DNA of 64,000 bases from an uncultured delta proteobacterium (GCA_963778655.1 CAVZVA010000009.1:64001-128000); one strand, 5' to 3'. Shown: positions 22,182 to 33,462, counted from the first letter of the stretch. The notes: a model not told the origin generated them from the sequence alone. Made by a program: numbers and translations.

Positions 22182-25100
22182 GCCAGCTCGGCCCCGACGA
22201 GAACACCATCCGCGCCACGTGGCGCTGGCTCGCCCACGGCGCGCACGGCGTCTCGGAGGTGCGCGTCATCCGCCCTGCGGGCGGCATCATCGGCATCGGC
22301 TTCTTCGACGACGAGGAGGACTTCGTTCGCGAGTGCGTGCGCACCAACGCGGCGGGCAACGTCTACGTCGGCATCCAGCCGCGCCCACGCCGTCTCTTCG
22401 ACGCCGCGCCGAACGTCGTGCGCCCGCTCAAGACCGGCGCGGGCCGCAAGGACATCGAGGTCATCACCGCAACGGTCATCGATCTCGACCCGGTACGCCC
22501 CAAGGACACAGCCAGCACCGACGCCGAGCTGGCGCTGGCGATGGCCGCCGCGAACGAGGCGATCGCATGGTGCGAGTCCGAGGGGCTCGTGCGCCCGCGC
22601 CTGATGATGAGTGGCAACGGCGCGCAGCTCTGGTTCGCGCTGCCGCCCACCGTGCTCGAAGGTGAGCGCCGCGAGCGGCTCCAGGCGGGGCTCAAGGCCT
22701 TCGAGACGAAAGTCCGCGAGCGCGCGCAGACCGACGCGGTCCACGTCGACTCCATCCACGACGTCGCCCGCATCATCAAGGTGATCGGCACCGTCAGCCA
22801 CAAGGGCGACGGTAAGGGCGACCGCCCGCACCGCGTGAGCGCCGCGCTCTCCGGTTTCGACCGCCGCGAAGATGACAAGCTCCTCGCACGCCTCGACGTC
22901 GAGCCTGAGACGACGCTGCCCGTCGCTGCTCCGCGCGTCTCGCTCCCGATCGCGGGCAACGTGGCGGCGCCCGGCACCACGAAGGCGAAGCGAACGCCCG
23001 AGGGCGAATACGACTGGGAGCACCCGGTCGAGATGTGCGGCCCCATCCAGCGGCTCTGGGACCACGGCGCCGAGGACCGCAGCGTAGCCATCTTCGACAT
23101 GGTGCGCTTCTTCGCGCACAAGGGGCTCGGGCTCGATGAGATCACCGAGCTGGTGATCGAGTACGACCGCCGGGGCTTGGGCAAGCTGCGCGGTCGCGAC
23201 GGCGTTCGCTACGTCGCCAAGGCCCACGAGAAGGTGCTCGCCACCGCGCGCGCCGACGGCTCCATCGCGCCGCCGTGCCACTCGCTCCAGAAGATCGGCT
23301 TCTGCAGGGTGAACGTCGAGCCGACGGCGCGGTGCGACCTCTACGACGTCGTCTTCGACATCGAGAGGGCGATCGAGGCCGTGCCCGCCGACACGCCCGC
23401 GCGCGAGCTGGAGTACCGGCTCAAGCCCATCCTCGACGCCATCGCGCACCGCGACCCGTCGGTGCAGTCGAAGTACCTCGGGGCAGTCGAGAAGCGCTTC
23501 GGCCTGAAGGCCAAGGACCTCCGCAAGGCGGTCGCCAAGGCAGCCACAGCGCCCGCGCGCGAGGACGGCGAGGGCACCGATCCTGAGAGCAGCGACGAGG
23601 ACATGGAGGGCGCGATCTTCGAGGACGCGTCCTGCTACTACTGCATGACCGCGCGCGGCGAGTCGAAGGTCATCTCGTCGTTCACCATCGAGCCGACGAT
23701 GCGCGTCCTCACCGAGGACGGCGAGATGATCTTCGGCGACGCGCTCACCGACAAGCACGGCAAGGTGCCGGGGCTGCGCCTCCCGCTCACCGCGTTTCAC
23801 AGCAAGCGCGACCTCATTCGCCAGCTCCCGTCCGCCGACCTCCAGTGGACCGGCAGCGACAACAACGTCCAGGGGCTCCTGCGAGTGCTCGCGCGCAGGG
23901 ACATCCCGCGTCGTCCGGGCTCCAACATGCTCGGCGACTACAAGAAGGGCGAGCACCACGTCTGGCTCGGGCCGAACTGCGCCATCGGAAAGGAGGGCTT
24001 CATGGAACCGTCACCCGTGATGTACGTCCCGAGCGGCGCCTCGCTCGACAAGCGCATCGCCTACGTGAAGGTCGACGAGGACACGTTCCTCGAGGTCGCG
24101 GCAACGGTCTTTCGCTGCCTGCCGCAGGTGAACCGGCCCGAGGTGATGCTCCCCGTCATTGGCTGGTTCTTCGCCACGCCGATGAAGCCGCGCTTCATGG
24201 AGAGGGTCGGCACGTTCCCGACGCTCTTCGTCTGGGGAACGCAGGGTTCGGGCAAGTCGAGCCTCTGCATCGACATCATGTGGCCGCTCTTCGGCATCCG
24301 AGACGCCGAGCCGTACTCCGCGACGGAGACCGAGTTCGCGCTCCTCAAGCTCCTCACGTCGACGCGCTCGGTGCCCGTTTTCATCGACGAGTACAAGCCC
24401 TACGACATGCAGCGCCAGCGGCTGAACACCCTGCATCGATACCTGCGCCGGCTGTATCGAGGCGAGACCGAGGAGCGCGGGCGTCCCGACCTCAAGGTGA
24501 ACAGCTACCACCTGCAGGCGCCCGTCTGCGTCGCAGGCGAGACGCGCCCCACGGAGGCCGCACTGCTCGAGCGCATCGTCACCGCGAACCCGGACAAGAC
24601 AACGCTCGCGCAAAACCCGACCGCGCGCGCCGCCTACAAGGAGCTGCGCTCGGTGGACCTGGTGATGTTCGCCCCGCGCTACATCCAGTTCTGCCTCGGG
24701 CGCGACTTCGACGCCGACCTTGAGGTCGCGCGCGCCGTGGCCAAGGCGCTCCTCGACGGCCGCAAGGTGCCCGTGCGCATCGTCGAGAACCTCACGGCCA
24801 TGCTGCTCGGCGTGCATCTCTTCGAGGAGTTCGCCAAGCATTGCGGCTGCGAGCTGCCCGACGAGCTCGGCGTCGAAGCCGCCGTCAACGCGATCCTCGA
24901 GGACGTGCTCGAGACCGATCACGGCGTGAAGAACGCCCTCGACCACTTCCTCGAGATGCTCGGCGTGATGGCCGTGCAGGGAGACCTCAAGCACAAAGTC
25001 CACTACGTGTTCGAGAACGGGCACCTCGCCGTCCACCTCGAGAGCGCCTACGACGCCTTCCGCGCGCACTGCAAGCGCATCGACTACGAGGGCGAGATGG

Positions 25101-25330
25101 TCGACCTGAAGGCGCTGCGCCGCCTCGTCACCGAGAGCAAGAAGCAGGGCGGGTTCGTCACCGCCGAGAGCGAGCGCGTCACCTTCGACAGCGGGAGGCG
25201 CCGCGCGTTCCTCGTGGACCTCAGCAAGACCAAGGTCGTCACCGCCGACGACTTCCCGACGCCCGAGGCGGGCGGCACCAGCGGCTTCCGCGACAACTTC
25301 AAGGGCCGCTACGGGCGCGACGACTCATGA
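22178..25330 (+). CDS. Primase-helicase (AEP-like N-terminus, Cys-rich middle, DUF927/Cch-like P-loop helicase, C-terminal wHTH)
   Basis: IDLD and SGNG.Q.W (AEP motifs); GTQGSGKS Walker A; FIDEY Walker B. Confidence 0.8.
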   Translation: MSQLGPDENTIRATWRWLAHGAHGVSEVRVIRPAGGIIGIGFFDDEEDFVRECVRTNAAGNVYVGIQPRPRRLFDAAPNVVRPLKTGAGRKDIEVITATVIDLDPVRPKDTASTDAELALAMAAANEAIAWCESEGLVRPRLMMSGNGAQLWFALPPTVLEGERRERLQAGLKAFETKVRERAQTDAVHVDSIHDVARIIKVIGTVSHKGDGKGDRPHRVSAALSGFDRREDDKLLARLDVEPETTLPVAAPRVSLPIAGNVAAPGTTKAKRTPEGEYDWEHPVEMCGPIQRLWDHGAEDRSVAIFDMVRFFAHKGLGLDEITELVIEYDRRGLGKLRGRDGVRYVAKAHEKVLATARADGSIAPPCHSLQKIGFCRVNVEPTARCDLYDVVFDIERAIEAVPADTPARELEYRLKPILDAIAHRDPSVQSKYLGAVEKRFGLKAKDLRKAVAKAATAPAREDGEGTDPESSDEDMEGAIFEDASCYYCMTARGESKVISSFTIEPTMRVLTEDGEMIFGDALTDKHGKVPGLRLPLTAFHSKRDLIRQLPSADLQWTGSDNNVQGLLRVLARRDIPRRPGSNMLGDYKKGEHHVWLGPNCAIGKEGFMEPSPVMYVPSGASLDKRIAYVKVDEDTFLEVAATVFRCLPQVNRPEVMLPVIGWFFATPMKPRFMERVGTFPTLFVWGTQGSGKSSLCIDIMWPLFGIRDAEPYSATETEFALLKLLTSTRSVPVFIDEYKPYDMQRQRLNTLHRYLRRLYRGETEERGRPDLKVNSYHLQAPVCVAGETRPTEAALLERIVTANPDKTTLAQNPTARAAYKELRSVDLVMFAPRYIQFCLGRDFDADLEVARAVAKALLDGRKVPVRIVENLTAMLLGVHLFEEFAKHCGCELPDELGVEAAVNAILEDVLETDHGVKNALDHFLEMLGVMAVQGDLKHKVHYVFENGHLAVHLESAYDAFRAHCKRIDYEGEMVDLKALRRLVTESKKQGGFVTAESERVTFDSGRRRAFLVDLSKTKVVTADDFPTPEAGGTSGFRDNFKGRYGRDDS

Positions 25331-26542
25331 CTTCAACGCCTTGTCGTCAGGGAGCGGCACGCCGAGCGCGCGGGCCTCGCCGAGCATCTTGATCGCCTTG
25401 GCGCGTGCCTGCGTCTTGTTGCGCGCCAGCTCGTCGCTGCCCGAGGTCTTCCGCTTGCCCTTGGCGGGCTTCTCCTCGCGCGGCTCACTCTGCTTGTCGC
25501 CGAGGAGCCGGAGGTTCGCGAGGCTTGGGTCGAAGTGGACGTGGCGCGGGTTGAGCGGCAGGCGCAGCATCCCCGGGCGGTCCGTCGACGACTGGAGGAG
25601 CGCCTTGCGCTCGGCTGCGGTCATGCCGGCGTACCCGTCGGGCTGGTCAGCGACGAGCGCGTTGCGCAGCTCGACGAGGTCCACCTCGCGCTCGTCGAGC
25701 TGGAGGTGCGGAGCCTTCTTCAGCCAGCCTCCTTCCTCGAGGTCGGGCGCCGCCGCCCGCGCCGCCGCGAGTCGGAGGAGACGCGCAAACTTCGCGTCGC
25801 TGACGCGGAAGGCGGCGAGCAGCTCGCCGTTGAGGCGGACCACGTGCCGCTCCGGCTCGGATGCGAACGCCAGCTCGACGTCCTCGAAGAGCGCCTCCTT
25901 GGCCTTCGCGCGGGCCGCCCACGACTCGGGCCAGAGCAGCTTCAGCGCACGGTGCAGCCCAAGCCCCGGCGCGTCGAGCCCGAGCTCGGCGTGACCGTCA
26001 CCGACCAGCCGTGCCTCCCTTCGCTCCGGGACCACCACCGCGACCGCGTCGGCGCCCGACGCGCGCCGCAGCTCGAGGATTGGCCCGCGCTGCCTGCTCC
26101 CCTCGGCGGTGGCGAACAGCACCAGCGTGCGCCCCACACGGCGCTCCAGGACGCCGAGGGGCAGCAGCCCTTCGAGGCCCGCGACGCTGGTCGCTTCGAG
26201 CGCCTCCTCAGCGCACACGCGCGCCACGACGGGCCCCAGGACCGCCGTGCGGTCGAGGGCGAGCACCGCGAGCTCGGTCTTCGTCAGCGGAAAGGGCTCG
26301 CACTCGGCTGGGACGTTCCCGCAGACCGCGACGAACCCTCCGTCGCGCTCGTGGACCAGGCGCGGGCAGCCGTCGCCGCCGCCGTTCGGACACGGGAACA
26401 CCCCGGCGCGCTCGCCGGTCGGCCTCAGGTGGGGCTTGATCAGCGCGAAGTCCTGGCCGAAGCGCTCCTGCCACTCGGCGAGGACCGCGCGGTTCCAGGG
26501 CGCTGCCTCAAGCGAACGCTGCAGCCGGAGCAACGTCTGCAT
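25325..26542 (-). CDS. Hypothetical protein with an N-terminal Cys cluster
   Basis: FPCP..GDGCPR..VAVC..EC; overlaps the upstream gene. Confidence 0.65.
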   Translation of the reverse strand: MQTLLRLQRSLEAAPWNRAVLAEWQERFGQDFALIKPHLRPTGERAGVFPCPNGGGDGCPRLVHERDGGFVAVCGNVPAECEPFPLTKTELAVLALDRTAVLGPVVARVCAEEALEATSVAGLEGLLPLGVLERRVGRTLVLFATAEGSRQRGPILELRRASGADAVAVVVPERREARLVGDGHAELGLDAPGLGLHRALKLLWPESWAARAKAKEALFEDVELAFASEPERHVVRLNGELLAAFRVSDAKFARLLRLAAARAAAPDLEEGGWLKKAPHLQLDEREVDLVELRNALVADQPDGYAGMTAAERKALLQSSTDRPGMLRLPLNPRHVHFDPSLANLRLLGDKQSEPREEKPAKGKRKTSGSDELARNKTQARAKAIKMLGEARALGVPLPDDKALKS

Positions 26543-27701
26543 CCTGCGCCTCCCCGATGGGCGTCTTCACGAACCCGCGCAAAGCGAGCCACTGCTCGAC
26601 GAGCGTCGCGTCCTCGTTGCGGGTGTAGCTCGCGATGTTGTTCGGGCGGATGGTCACGGTGCGCGGGGTCTTCTGGCCGGTGAACCTCACGAGGAAGCTC
26701 GCCTTCACGAGCCGCCCCTTGGGCACCGAGCGCTCGTGCGCGGCCCACGCGGCGAAGAGGTCCTTTGCCTTGTGCGTGGTGCTCTCGCCGTAGGCGCCGC
26801 CCCAGTAGACCTGCAGCTCCTTCAGCACGACCGAGTCGATGCCCTCGACGTCGCTGCAGACGAGCGATTCGGCGCCGGCCTCCTGGAGCGGCTCGAGCGT
26901 GAACTTCGCCGTATCCGGGAAGTGCTTGGCGTCGTCGAAGAGCAGGACGCCGACCAGCTCGCGGTAGTGCTCGGCGAGCTTCTTGTTGCCCTCGGCGTTG
27001 ATGGCAAGCTCGCCGAGCCCCTCGTCGTACTTGAGCAGGTCGTACTTTTCGGGCCGGTAGTACACCGAGGTGGTCTTGGCCTTCTCGATCGCGCCCTCGC
27101 GCTTGTACGGATCGCCGCGTCGCACGAGAAACCAAACGCCGTCGGCGCGCGGGAAGATGAACAGCTTGCAGGTGCGGCCGCGCTTCATGAGGTCGAGCCG
27201 CACGCCCATCGTGTCCTCGAACGCCCGCACCCGCTTCGCGCCGGGCACGTGGTACCGCGTGTCGGCGCCATCCTTCGCTTGGAAGTAGACGAAGGTCCGC
27301 TTGCAATCGAGCAGCACCTGCTCGGCGTGCTTCTGCTCGAGGAGCGCGGGCGCTCGCAGCCGCACCTGCACCGCGACGTCGGCGGGCGTTGGCTCGTCGT
27401 CGAGATCGAGCTCCACCTTCGCGGCCTCGGCCGCCTCGAGCAGCGCGTCCATGCCGGGCTGGGTGGCCATCTCGTCGACGTAGTAGAGGTCGTCGATGAG
27501 CGTGCTGGGGGGTTGCTCGGGCGCCATGAGCACGCCGGCGATCGCCTCGTAGTCAGGGCCGGCTCCGTTGAACGCGCCGAAGTTCACGCCGCGCTCGGCG
27601 AAGTAGTCGGCGTGCCTGCCGAGGAGCGCCATCAGGAACTGCGGCCGGACGGCGCGAAGCGTCTCGGCATTGGCGAAGTGTCGGAGCTTGAACGAGGCCA
27701 T
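26508..27701 (-). CDS. Hypothetical protein downstream of XRE/ImmA-IrrE
   Basis: 397 aa ORF with strong GC3 bias and a GAGGAGG RBS. Confidence 0.75.
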   Translation of the reverse strand: MASFKLRHFANAETLRAVRPQFLMALLGRHADYFAERGVNFGAFNGAGPDYEAIAGVLMAPEQPPSTLIDDLYYVDEMATQPGMDALLEAAEAAKVELDLDDEPTPADVAVQVRLRAPALLEQKHAEQVLLDCKRTFVYFQAKDGADTRYHVPGAKRVRAFEDTMGVRLDLMKRGRTCKLFIFPRADGVWFLVRRGDPYKREGAIEKAKTTSVYYRPEKYDLLKYDEGLGELAINAEGNKKLAEHYRELVGVLLFDDAKHFPDTAKFTLEPLQEAGAESLVCSDVEGIDSVVLKELQVYWGGAYGESTTHKAKDLFAAWAAHERSVPKGRLVKASFLVRFTGQKTPRTVTIRPNNIASYTRNEDATLVEQWLALRGFVKTPIGEAQDADVAPAAAFA

Positions 27702-27841
27702 GGCTCAGCCCTCCTCGCGAGCGAAGAGGACGCCGCGAAGCGACGTCTGGGTGGGGGCGGTGGTGGTGAGCTGCATGGGCGACGTCTCCTGTGAACTGTG
27801 AACTAAACCGTGGACACTCCGAGCACGGCAAAGCCGTGCGG

Positions 27842-28543
27842 CTAAAGCAGGCTCCTCTGCGGATTCGACGCGTCGAGGACGAGGTTCAGGTCCAGGAGGC
27901 GGTAACGCATCGCCTCGTTCGACACGTTCGTGAAGTTGCCCTTCGTCATGACCTCGGTGGCGAGGTCGCGGAGCTTCTCGTCGAGCACGCGGGCCTTCCG
28001 CTTCGCCTCGACGTCTTCCCAGGTCGGCAGCGTGTCACCGCAGAGCGCACGCATGGTGGCGCGCACATCGGCCGCAGGCATGAGGAGCGCGGCTGCGAAC
28101 CTGTCCGCCTGCCACTCGGCGGGCGCCTTCTTCTGGCTGGAGCGGCAGAAGATGGTGGGCTGCTGGCGCACGTCGTCCTTCCCGAACAGCGTGGCGGTGA
28201 CCTGCTCCATCTCGATGAGCGGGCGGTGCAGGTACCAGTGCCCGCCCTCGTGGGCGAGCGTGAAGGCGAGGCGCCCCTCCTTGCCCTCGATCATCAGGGA
28301 CTCGTCGATGAAGACACGCTGGTCCTTGATGAACGTCGCGCCGAGCACGTCGGGCACGCCGATGAAGTCGGGCAGGTCGATGTAGACGAGGTCGAGCTCG
28401 AAGTACCCCTCGAGGATGTTCTCGACGTCGATGGGCGCGCGCACGGGCTTGCCCTTGTCCTTGGCGTACTTGTGCAGCAGCTCGTTGGCCGCGCGCTCGA
28501 CCTGCTTCTCGTGCAGGAAGGGGACCTTCAGCTCTGGAATCAT
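27842..28543 (-). CDS. ImmA/IrrE family metallopeptidase
   Basis: FTLAHEGGH and EWQADRFAAALLMP; ATGA overlap with the XRE gene. Confidence 0.9.
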   Translation of the reverse strand: MIPELKVPFLHEKQVERAANELLHKYAKDKGKPVRAPIDVENILEGYFELDLVYIDLPDFIGVPDVLGATFIKDQRVFIDESLMIEGKEGRLAFTLAHEGGHWYLHRPLIEMEQVTATLFGKDDVRQQPTIFCRSSQKKAPAEWQADRFAAALLMPAADVRATMRALCGDTLPTWEDVEAKRKARVLDEKLRDLATEVMTKGNFTNVSNEAMRYRLLDLNLVLDASNPQRSLL

Positions 28544-28893
28544 TTGCCCCCCTTCTTCTTGGTCTCGAGCCACTCCAGGAACTCCGCGCCCGTCACGTTT
28601 TGCTCGCGGGCGCGCCGCAACATCACGGGCATGTCCGGGTCCGCCTTGATCAGCTTCTCGACGTCCTCTGGCACGCGGCCGGCGAGCTGCATCAGCTCGT
28701 CGAAGTTGTCCCCCAAGACGTCGGCCAGGGCGCGGAGCGTCTTCTCGGTGGGCGGGCTCGGGTCGAGGCAGTTCTCGACGCGCGACAGGTACGTCGGCGA
28801 GACGCCGACCTTGCTCGCTGTCTCGCGAAGGCTCAGGTCGCGGGCGATGCGCACGCGCTTGAGGCGATGTCCGAGTTTCTCTCGCTTGGCCAT
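28540..28893 (-). CDS. XRE family HTH repressor
   Basis: LSLRETASKVGVSPTYLSRVEN. Confidence 0.9.
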   Translation of the reverse strand: MAKREKLGHRLKRVRIARDLSLRETASKVGVSPTYLSRVENCLDPSPPTEKTLRALADVLGDNFDELMQLAGRVPEDVEKLIKADPDMPVMLRRAREQNVTGAEFLEWLETKKKGGK

Positions 28894-28931
28894 GTCGCTC
28901 GCTCGTCCCGGGCGGCATGCCCGGGAGGTGT

Positions 28932-28951
28932 TGTGCAGTAGATACTGCACA
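28932..28951. promoter_or_regulatory. Palindromic operator TGTGCAGTA-GA-TACTGCACA
   Basis: Perfect 9-bp inverted repeat between the XRE gene and the divergent recombinase operon. Confidence 0.65.
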
Positions 28952-28998
28952 CTGCACAGGGGGCGCAAGAGGGATCATCAGGCAGCAGATGATCCCCC

Positions 28999-29028
28999 TG
29001 TCCCACCGCGCCCATCGGGGCCGCGTTT
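28999..29028 (+). promoter_or_regulatory. Class I phage promoter candidate TGTCCCA-N16-CGCGTTT
   Basis: Exact match; ATG 29037 follows 9 nt later, as at 16012. Confidence 0.75.
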
Positions 29029-29036
29029 CCCGTCCC

Positions 29037-29222
29037 ATGAACGCGATCCCGACGCCGCCCGCGAGCGCGGCCACACCTGCCACCGAGAGCGCCGAGGAGC
29101 GCCACGCCGACCGTGAGCGCCGCCTCGACGAGGCCGCCTCGATCCTCGCCGTGACGCTGCTCGACATGTGGCGGCGCGAGCGCCGCGCACGACGCGAAGC
29201 CGCGAGCGGAGGTGCGTCGTGA
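29037..29222 (+). CDS. Small hypothetical protein (61 aa) preceding DUF2924
   Basis: Leaderless ATG; homologous to the N-terminus of 50008-50772. Confidence 0.6.
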   Translation: MNAIPTPPASAATPATESAEERHADRERRLDEAASILAVTLLDMWRRERRARREAASGGAS

Positions 29223-29323
29223 GGTCGTCGCTCTCCCAGGCTCTCGCCTTGTCTTCCACGGGGGAAGAAGCCGTCATGCCCCAGGCGCGTGGGCATGGCG
29301 CTCCCGCGAACCACGGAGACACG

Positions 29324-29901
<578 letters not shown>

Positions 29902-29905
<4 letters not shown>

Positions 29906-30084
29906 GCAGCGACTTCTTCCGCACCCGCATGGGCCAGACGTTCTACGAAGCGACGATGCCGTCGCTCGTGCGCGAGCTGGCGCGCCTGAACCAGACCCTC
30001 GAGCGGCTCGTCACCCTCGCCGAGAAGCGAGAGGCGAAGCTGGCCGAGCCCGTGACCACCGAGCCCGCGCCGGAGGAGCGATGA
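29902..30084 (+). CDS. Small hypothetical protein
   Basis: ATGA overlaps on both sides; FFRTRMGQTFYE. Confidence 0.6.
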
Positions 30085-31628
30085 GCAGGCGCCCCACCAG
30101 GAGCAGCGTCGAGCCCGAGACGAGGCGCGTCGCCATCTACACGCGCAAGTCGACGACGATGGGGCTCGAGCAGGAGTTCAACTCCCTCGACTCCCAGCGC
30201 GAATCTTGCCTCGCGTACATCCAGCGCCAGCCGGGTTGGAAGCTCGTCGACGAGCGCTACGACGACGGTGGCTTCACGGGCGCGAACATCGACCGCCCCG
30301 CGTTCACGCGCCTGATGGCCGACGTTGAGGCGGGCAAGGTCGACGTCATCGTCGTCTACAAGGTCGACCGCCTCTCGCGCTCGCTCCTCGACTTCGTGAA
30401 GGTGATGGAGCGCCTCGGTGCCGCGGGCGCCTCGTTCGTCTCGGTGACGCAGAACTTCTCGACGGCCGACGCGATGGGCCGGCTGACGATGAACATGCTG
30501 ATGTCCTTCGCCGAGTTCGAACGGGAGATGATCAGCGAGCGCACCCGCGACAAGATCGCCGGCGCCCGTCGCAAGGGGAAGTGGACGGGCGGGCCGGTGC
30601 CCTACGGCTACTCGGTGAAGGACAAGAAGCTCCTCGTCAACGAGCTCGAGGCGCGCGTCGTCCGCGAGGCCTTCGACCTGTTCCTGATGCACCGCCAGCA
30701 GGCGAAGGTGGCGCACCTGCTGAACGATCGGATGCTCCTGCCGCGCGGCTCCAAGGTCACCAAGAAGCTCGCGTGGTCGAAGGAGGGCGTCGGCCGCATC
30801 CTCAAGAGCCCCATCTACGCCGGCTTCATGATGTACGGCGACGAGCTGCACCCCGGCGAGCACCCGCCGCTGATCGAGGAGTCCACCTACCGCGCCGCGC
30901 AGGCCATCCTCGCGGGCACGAGCCGCGTGGTGCGGTGGACCGGCACGAACCCCGACTACGTCCTCCGCAGCCTCGTGCGCTGCGCGCTCTGCGGCGAGAT
31001 GATGTGCCCAGGCTCGACGACGAAGCCCTCCACCGGGAAGACGCACAGGTACTATCGGTGTTCGCGGCGCGAGAAGTACGGCAAGGACCAGTGCGCCGGA
31101 AGGCCGCTGCCCGCCGCCGCGCTCGAGGAGTTCGTCGTCGCCCGCATCTCGAACGCGACCGCCGACGGCTCGCTGGCCGAGCGCGTCGCGAAGCACCTCG
31201 AGACGCTCACCGCCGGCAAGGGTGAGGACTTCGGCAAGCTGCGCGCGGAGCTGGCGACGCAGGATCGCCGAGTGCTCGGCAAACGCCTCCCGGCTCACCG
31301 AGGAGTTGGTGCGCCTCGACGGACGTGCGCGCGAGCTCGTCGAGCAGAAGCTCGGCGTCGAGGCTGACCGTCTTGCCGCCGAGTGAGCAGCAGCTACGCG
31401 ACCTAGAGCGCGACGCCGCCGAGCTGGAGATCGCCAGGAAGGACCACGCCTGGTTCGTCGCCGCGCTCCGCGACTTCGCCAAGGTCTGGGTGAACATGTC
31501 CCCCGACAACCAGGGGCGCTTCCTGCGCGCGCTCATCGACAAGGTGGTGCGTCGACGAGGACAAGGGCACGTGTCGCGTGGAGCTGATCGACTTCGGCGC
31601 CGCGTCGGGCACGAAGGAGGCTGCGTGA
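30081..31628 (+). CDS. Large serine recombinase (integrase), with frameshifts in the 3' part
   Basis: IYTRKS, DRLSR, EREMISER, Zn ribbon CALC...YYRC. Frame shifts near 31260, 31360 and 31550. Confidence 0.88.
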
Positions 31629-32068
31629 GCGACCGGCAGACCAGCGAAGAGGGCGCGACGAAGAACACGCCGAGCGACTACCGGGTCATCGAGGAGCCGA
31701 TCTTCTGGCGCCGAAGCCGCAGCGTGCACGCTCACCCCGACGCCGCCGCCCGACAAGCCCGAGCCCGTGCGACGCCCTGCCAAGGTTGCCCGGCAGCTCG
31801 CGCTCGCGCACCACCTCCAGGCCGCCATCGAGCGCGGGCTCGTGGCCGACCAGGCCGCCCTGGCCCGCAAGCTGGGGCTCACGCGCGCCCGGGTCACGCA
31901 GCTCTTCGACCTGCTCATGCTGGCCGGCGACCTCCAGGAGCAGGTGCTGGCCCTCGAAGCGGTCGACGGCGCCGAGCCGATGGCCGAGCGGACGCTCCGC
32001 GCCGTGGCGCACGCGGGCACGCTGGGCGCAGCAGCGGGCGGCGTGGGCCGCGTGTCGTCCGAGCCTGA
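31625..32068 (+). CDS. HTH protein adjacent to the serine recombinase (possible RDF), frameshifted
   Basis: LALAHHLQAAIERG...LARKLGLTRARVTQLFDLL; frame breaks near 31725 and 32020. End approximate. Confidence 0.55.
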   Translation: MSDRQTSEEGATKNTPSDYRVIEEPIFWRRSRSVHAHPDAAARQARARATPCQGCPAARARAPPPGRHRARARGRPGRPGPQAGAHARPGHAALRPAHAGRRPPGAGAGPRSGRRRRADGRADAPRRGARGHAGRSSGRRGPRVVRA

Positions 32069-32135
32069 CCGACTTTGACCGACTTATACCGGAAGTTGTC
32101 CGATCTACCTTGGATCTTGATAGATTCTCGCGCGC

Positions 32136-32387
32136 ATGCGAGCCGCGGCACCGACGACGAACGCTGAGCCCTGGGTGTCTGTCGACGCCGTGGCGGCTCA
32201 CATCGGGGTCGCCAAGGACTCCGTGTACCGCTGGATCGACGCGAAGGGCCTGCCTGCCCATCGGGTCGGGAAGCTCTGGAAGTTCAAGCTCTCGGAGGTT
32301 GACGACTGGGTGCGCGCCGGTGGAGCAAACGAAGCGCGTACGCGGGCCAAGCCGGTGCGGCGAACGACGACGAGGAAGACGAAATGA
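32136..32387 (+). CDS. Excisionase-like HTH protein
   Basis: WVSVDAVAAHIGVAKDSVYRWI...LPAHRVGKLWKF. Confidence 0.85.
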   Translation: MRAAAPTTNAEPWVSVDAVAAHIGVAKDSVYRWIDAKGLPAHRVGKLWKFKLSEVDDWVRAGGANEARTRAKPVRRTTTRKTK

Positions 32388-33316
32388 CCGCCACGACCGC
32401 CCGCACCTCCACGCGCACGACGCCGATGCTGTTCTCGCGGCAGCGCCAGCTACTGCAACTCCTTGATGCGCTCGGGTGGCACGTCAGGCATGCTCGACTT
32501 CCAGAAGCTGCTGTTCCTGTACTGCCAGGAGCGTCCACGGGAGAGGCGCCCTACGACTTCGTCCCGTACAAGTTCGGCGCGTTCTCGTTCACGTCCTACG
32601 CGGATCGTCGGAAGCTCATCGAGCGTGGGCTCCTCGAGGACGAGGACGGCTGGCAAATCACCGCCGAGGGGCGGAAGATCATCGGGCGCACGATGGACAT
32701 GCAGCTCGCGGCCTTCGCGAAGCGGCACCGCGGTCTGCACGGGGACGCGTTGGTTGCCGACACGTACCGGCGCTTCCCGTTCTTCGCGACCCGCAGCGAG
32801 ATCGCCGAGCGGGTCCTCAAGGGCGACGACGCGGCGCTCGCGCGCATCAAGGCGGTCCGCGCCAAGTTGACCGGCCCTGCGCTGAGCACCATCGGCTACG
32901 AGGGCCACACGCTCGAGAGCTACCTGACCGTCTTGCTCAAGAGCGGCGTCACGATCCTCTGCGACGTGCGCCGGAACCCAATCAGCCGGAAGTACGGCTT
33001 CTCGAAGAACACGCTCGCGCGCGGGTGCGAGGGCGTCGGCATTCGCTACGAGCATCTGCCCGAGCTCGGCATCGCATCAGAGCAGCGGCAGTCTCTCGAC
33101 ACGCAGGCTGACTACGACGCGCTGTTTGCCGACTACGAGCGCACGTGGCTCCCGAAGCAGGGAGCGGCGCTGAAGAAGATCCAAGGCTGGATGGATGCTG
33201 GCGATCGCGTGACGCTCACCTGCTACGAGCACCAGCCGAACCAGTGCCACCGCCATTGCGTCGCTGAAGCGCTCGAGGGCAAGAGCAGCAAGGAACTCAC
33301 CGCCAAGCACTTGTGA
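32384..33316 (+). CDS. DUF488 family protein with an N-terminal wHTH (two compensating frameshifts near 32475-32530)
   Basis: TIGYEG, DVRRNPISRKYGFSK, LTCYE...CHR; FQKLLFLY lies in an alternative frame. Confidence 0.85.
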   Translation: MTATTARTSTRTTPMLFSRQRQLLQLLDALGWHVRHARLPEAAVPVLPGASTGEAPYDFVPYKFGAFSFTSYADRRKLIERGLLEDEDGWQITAEGRKIIGRTMDMQLAAFAKRHRGLHGDALVADTYRRFPFFATRSEIAERVLKGDDAALARIKAVRAKLTGPALSTIGYEGHTLESYLTVLLKSGVTILCDVRRNPISRKYGFSKNTLARGCEGVGIRYEHLPELGIASEQRQSLDTQADYDALFADYERTWLPKQGAALKKIQGWMDAGDRVTLTCYEHQPNQCHRHCVAEALEGKSSKELTAKHL

Positions 33317-33462
33317 GAATGTGGGGGCACGATGGAGAAGCAGCGCGTTCTCATCACCGTCAAGACGTACCCCACGCTCTCTCGGAAGTATGGCGAGACG
33401 GTGTGTACCGCCGGCGTCCGCGAGGACGGGATGAGCCTCCCCCGATTTCGTAGACAGCTTTG

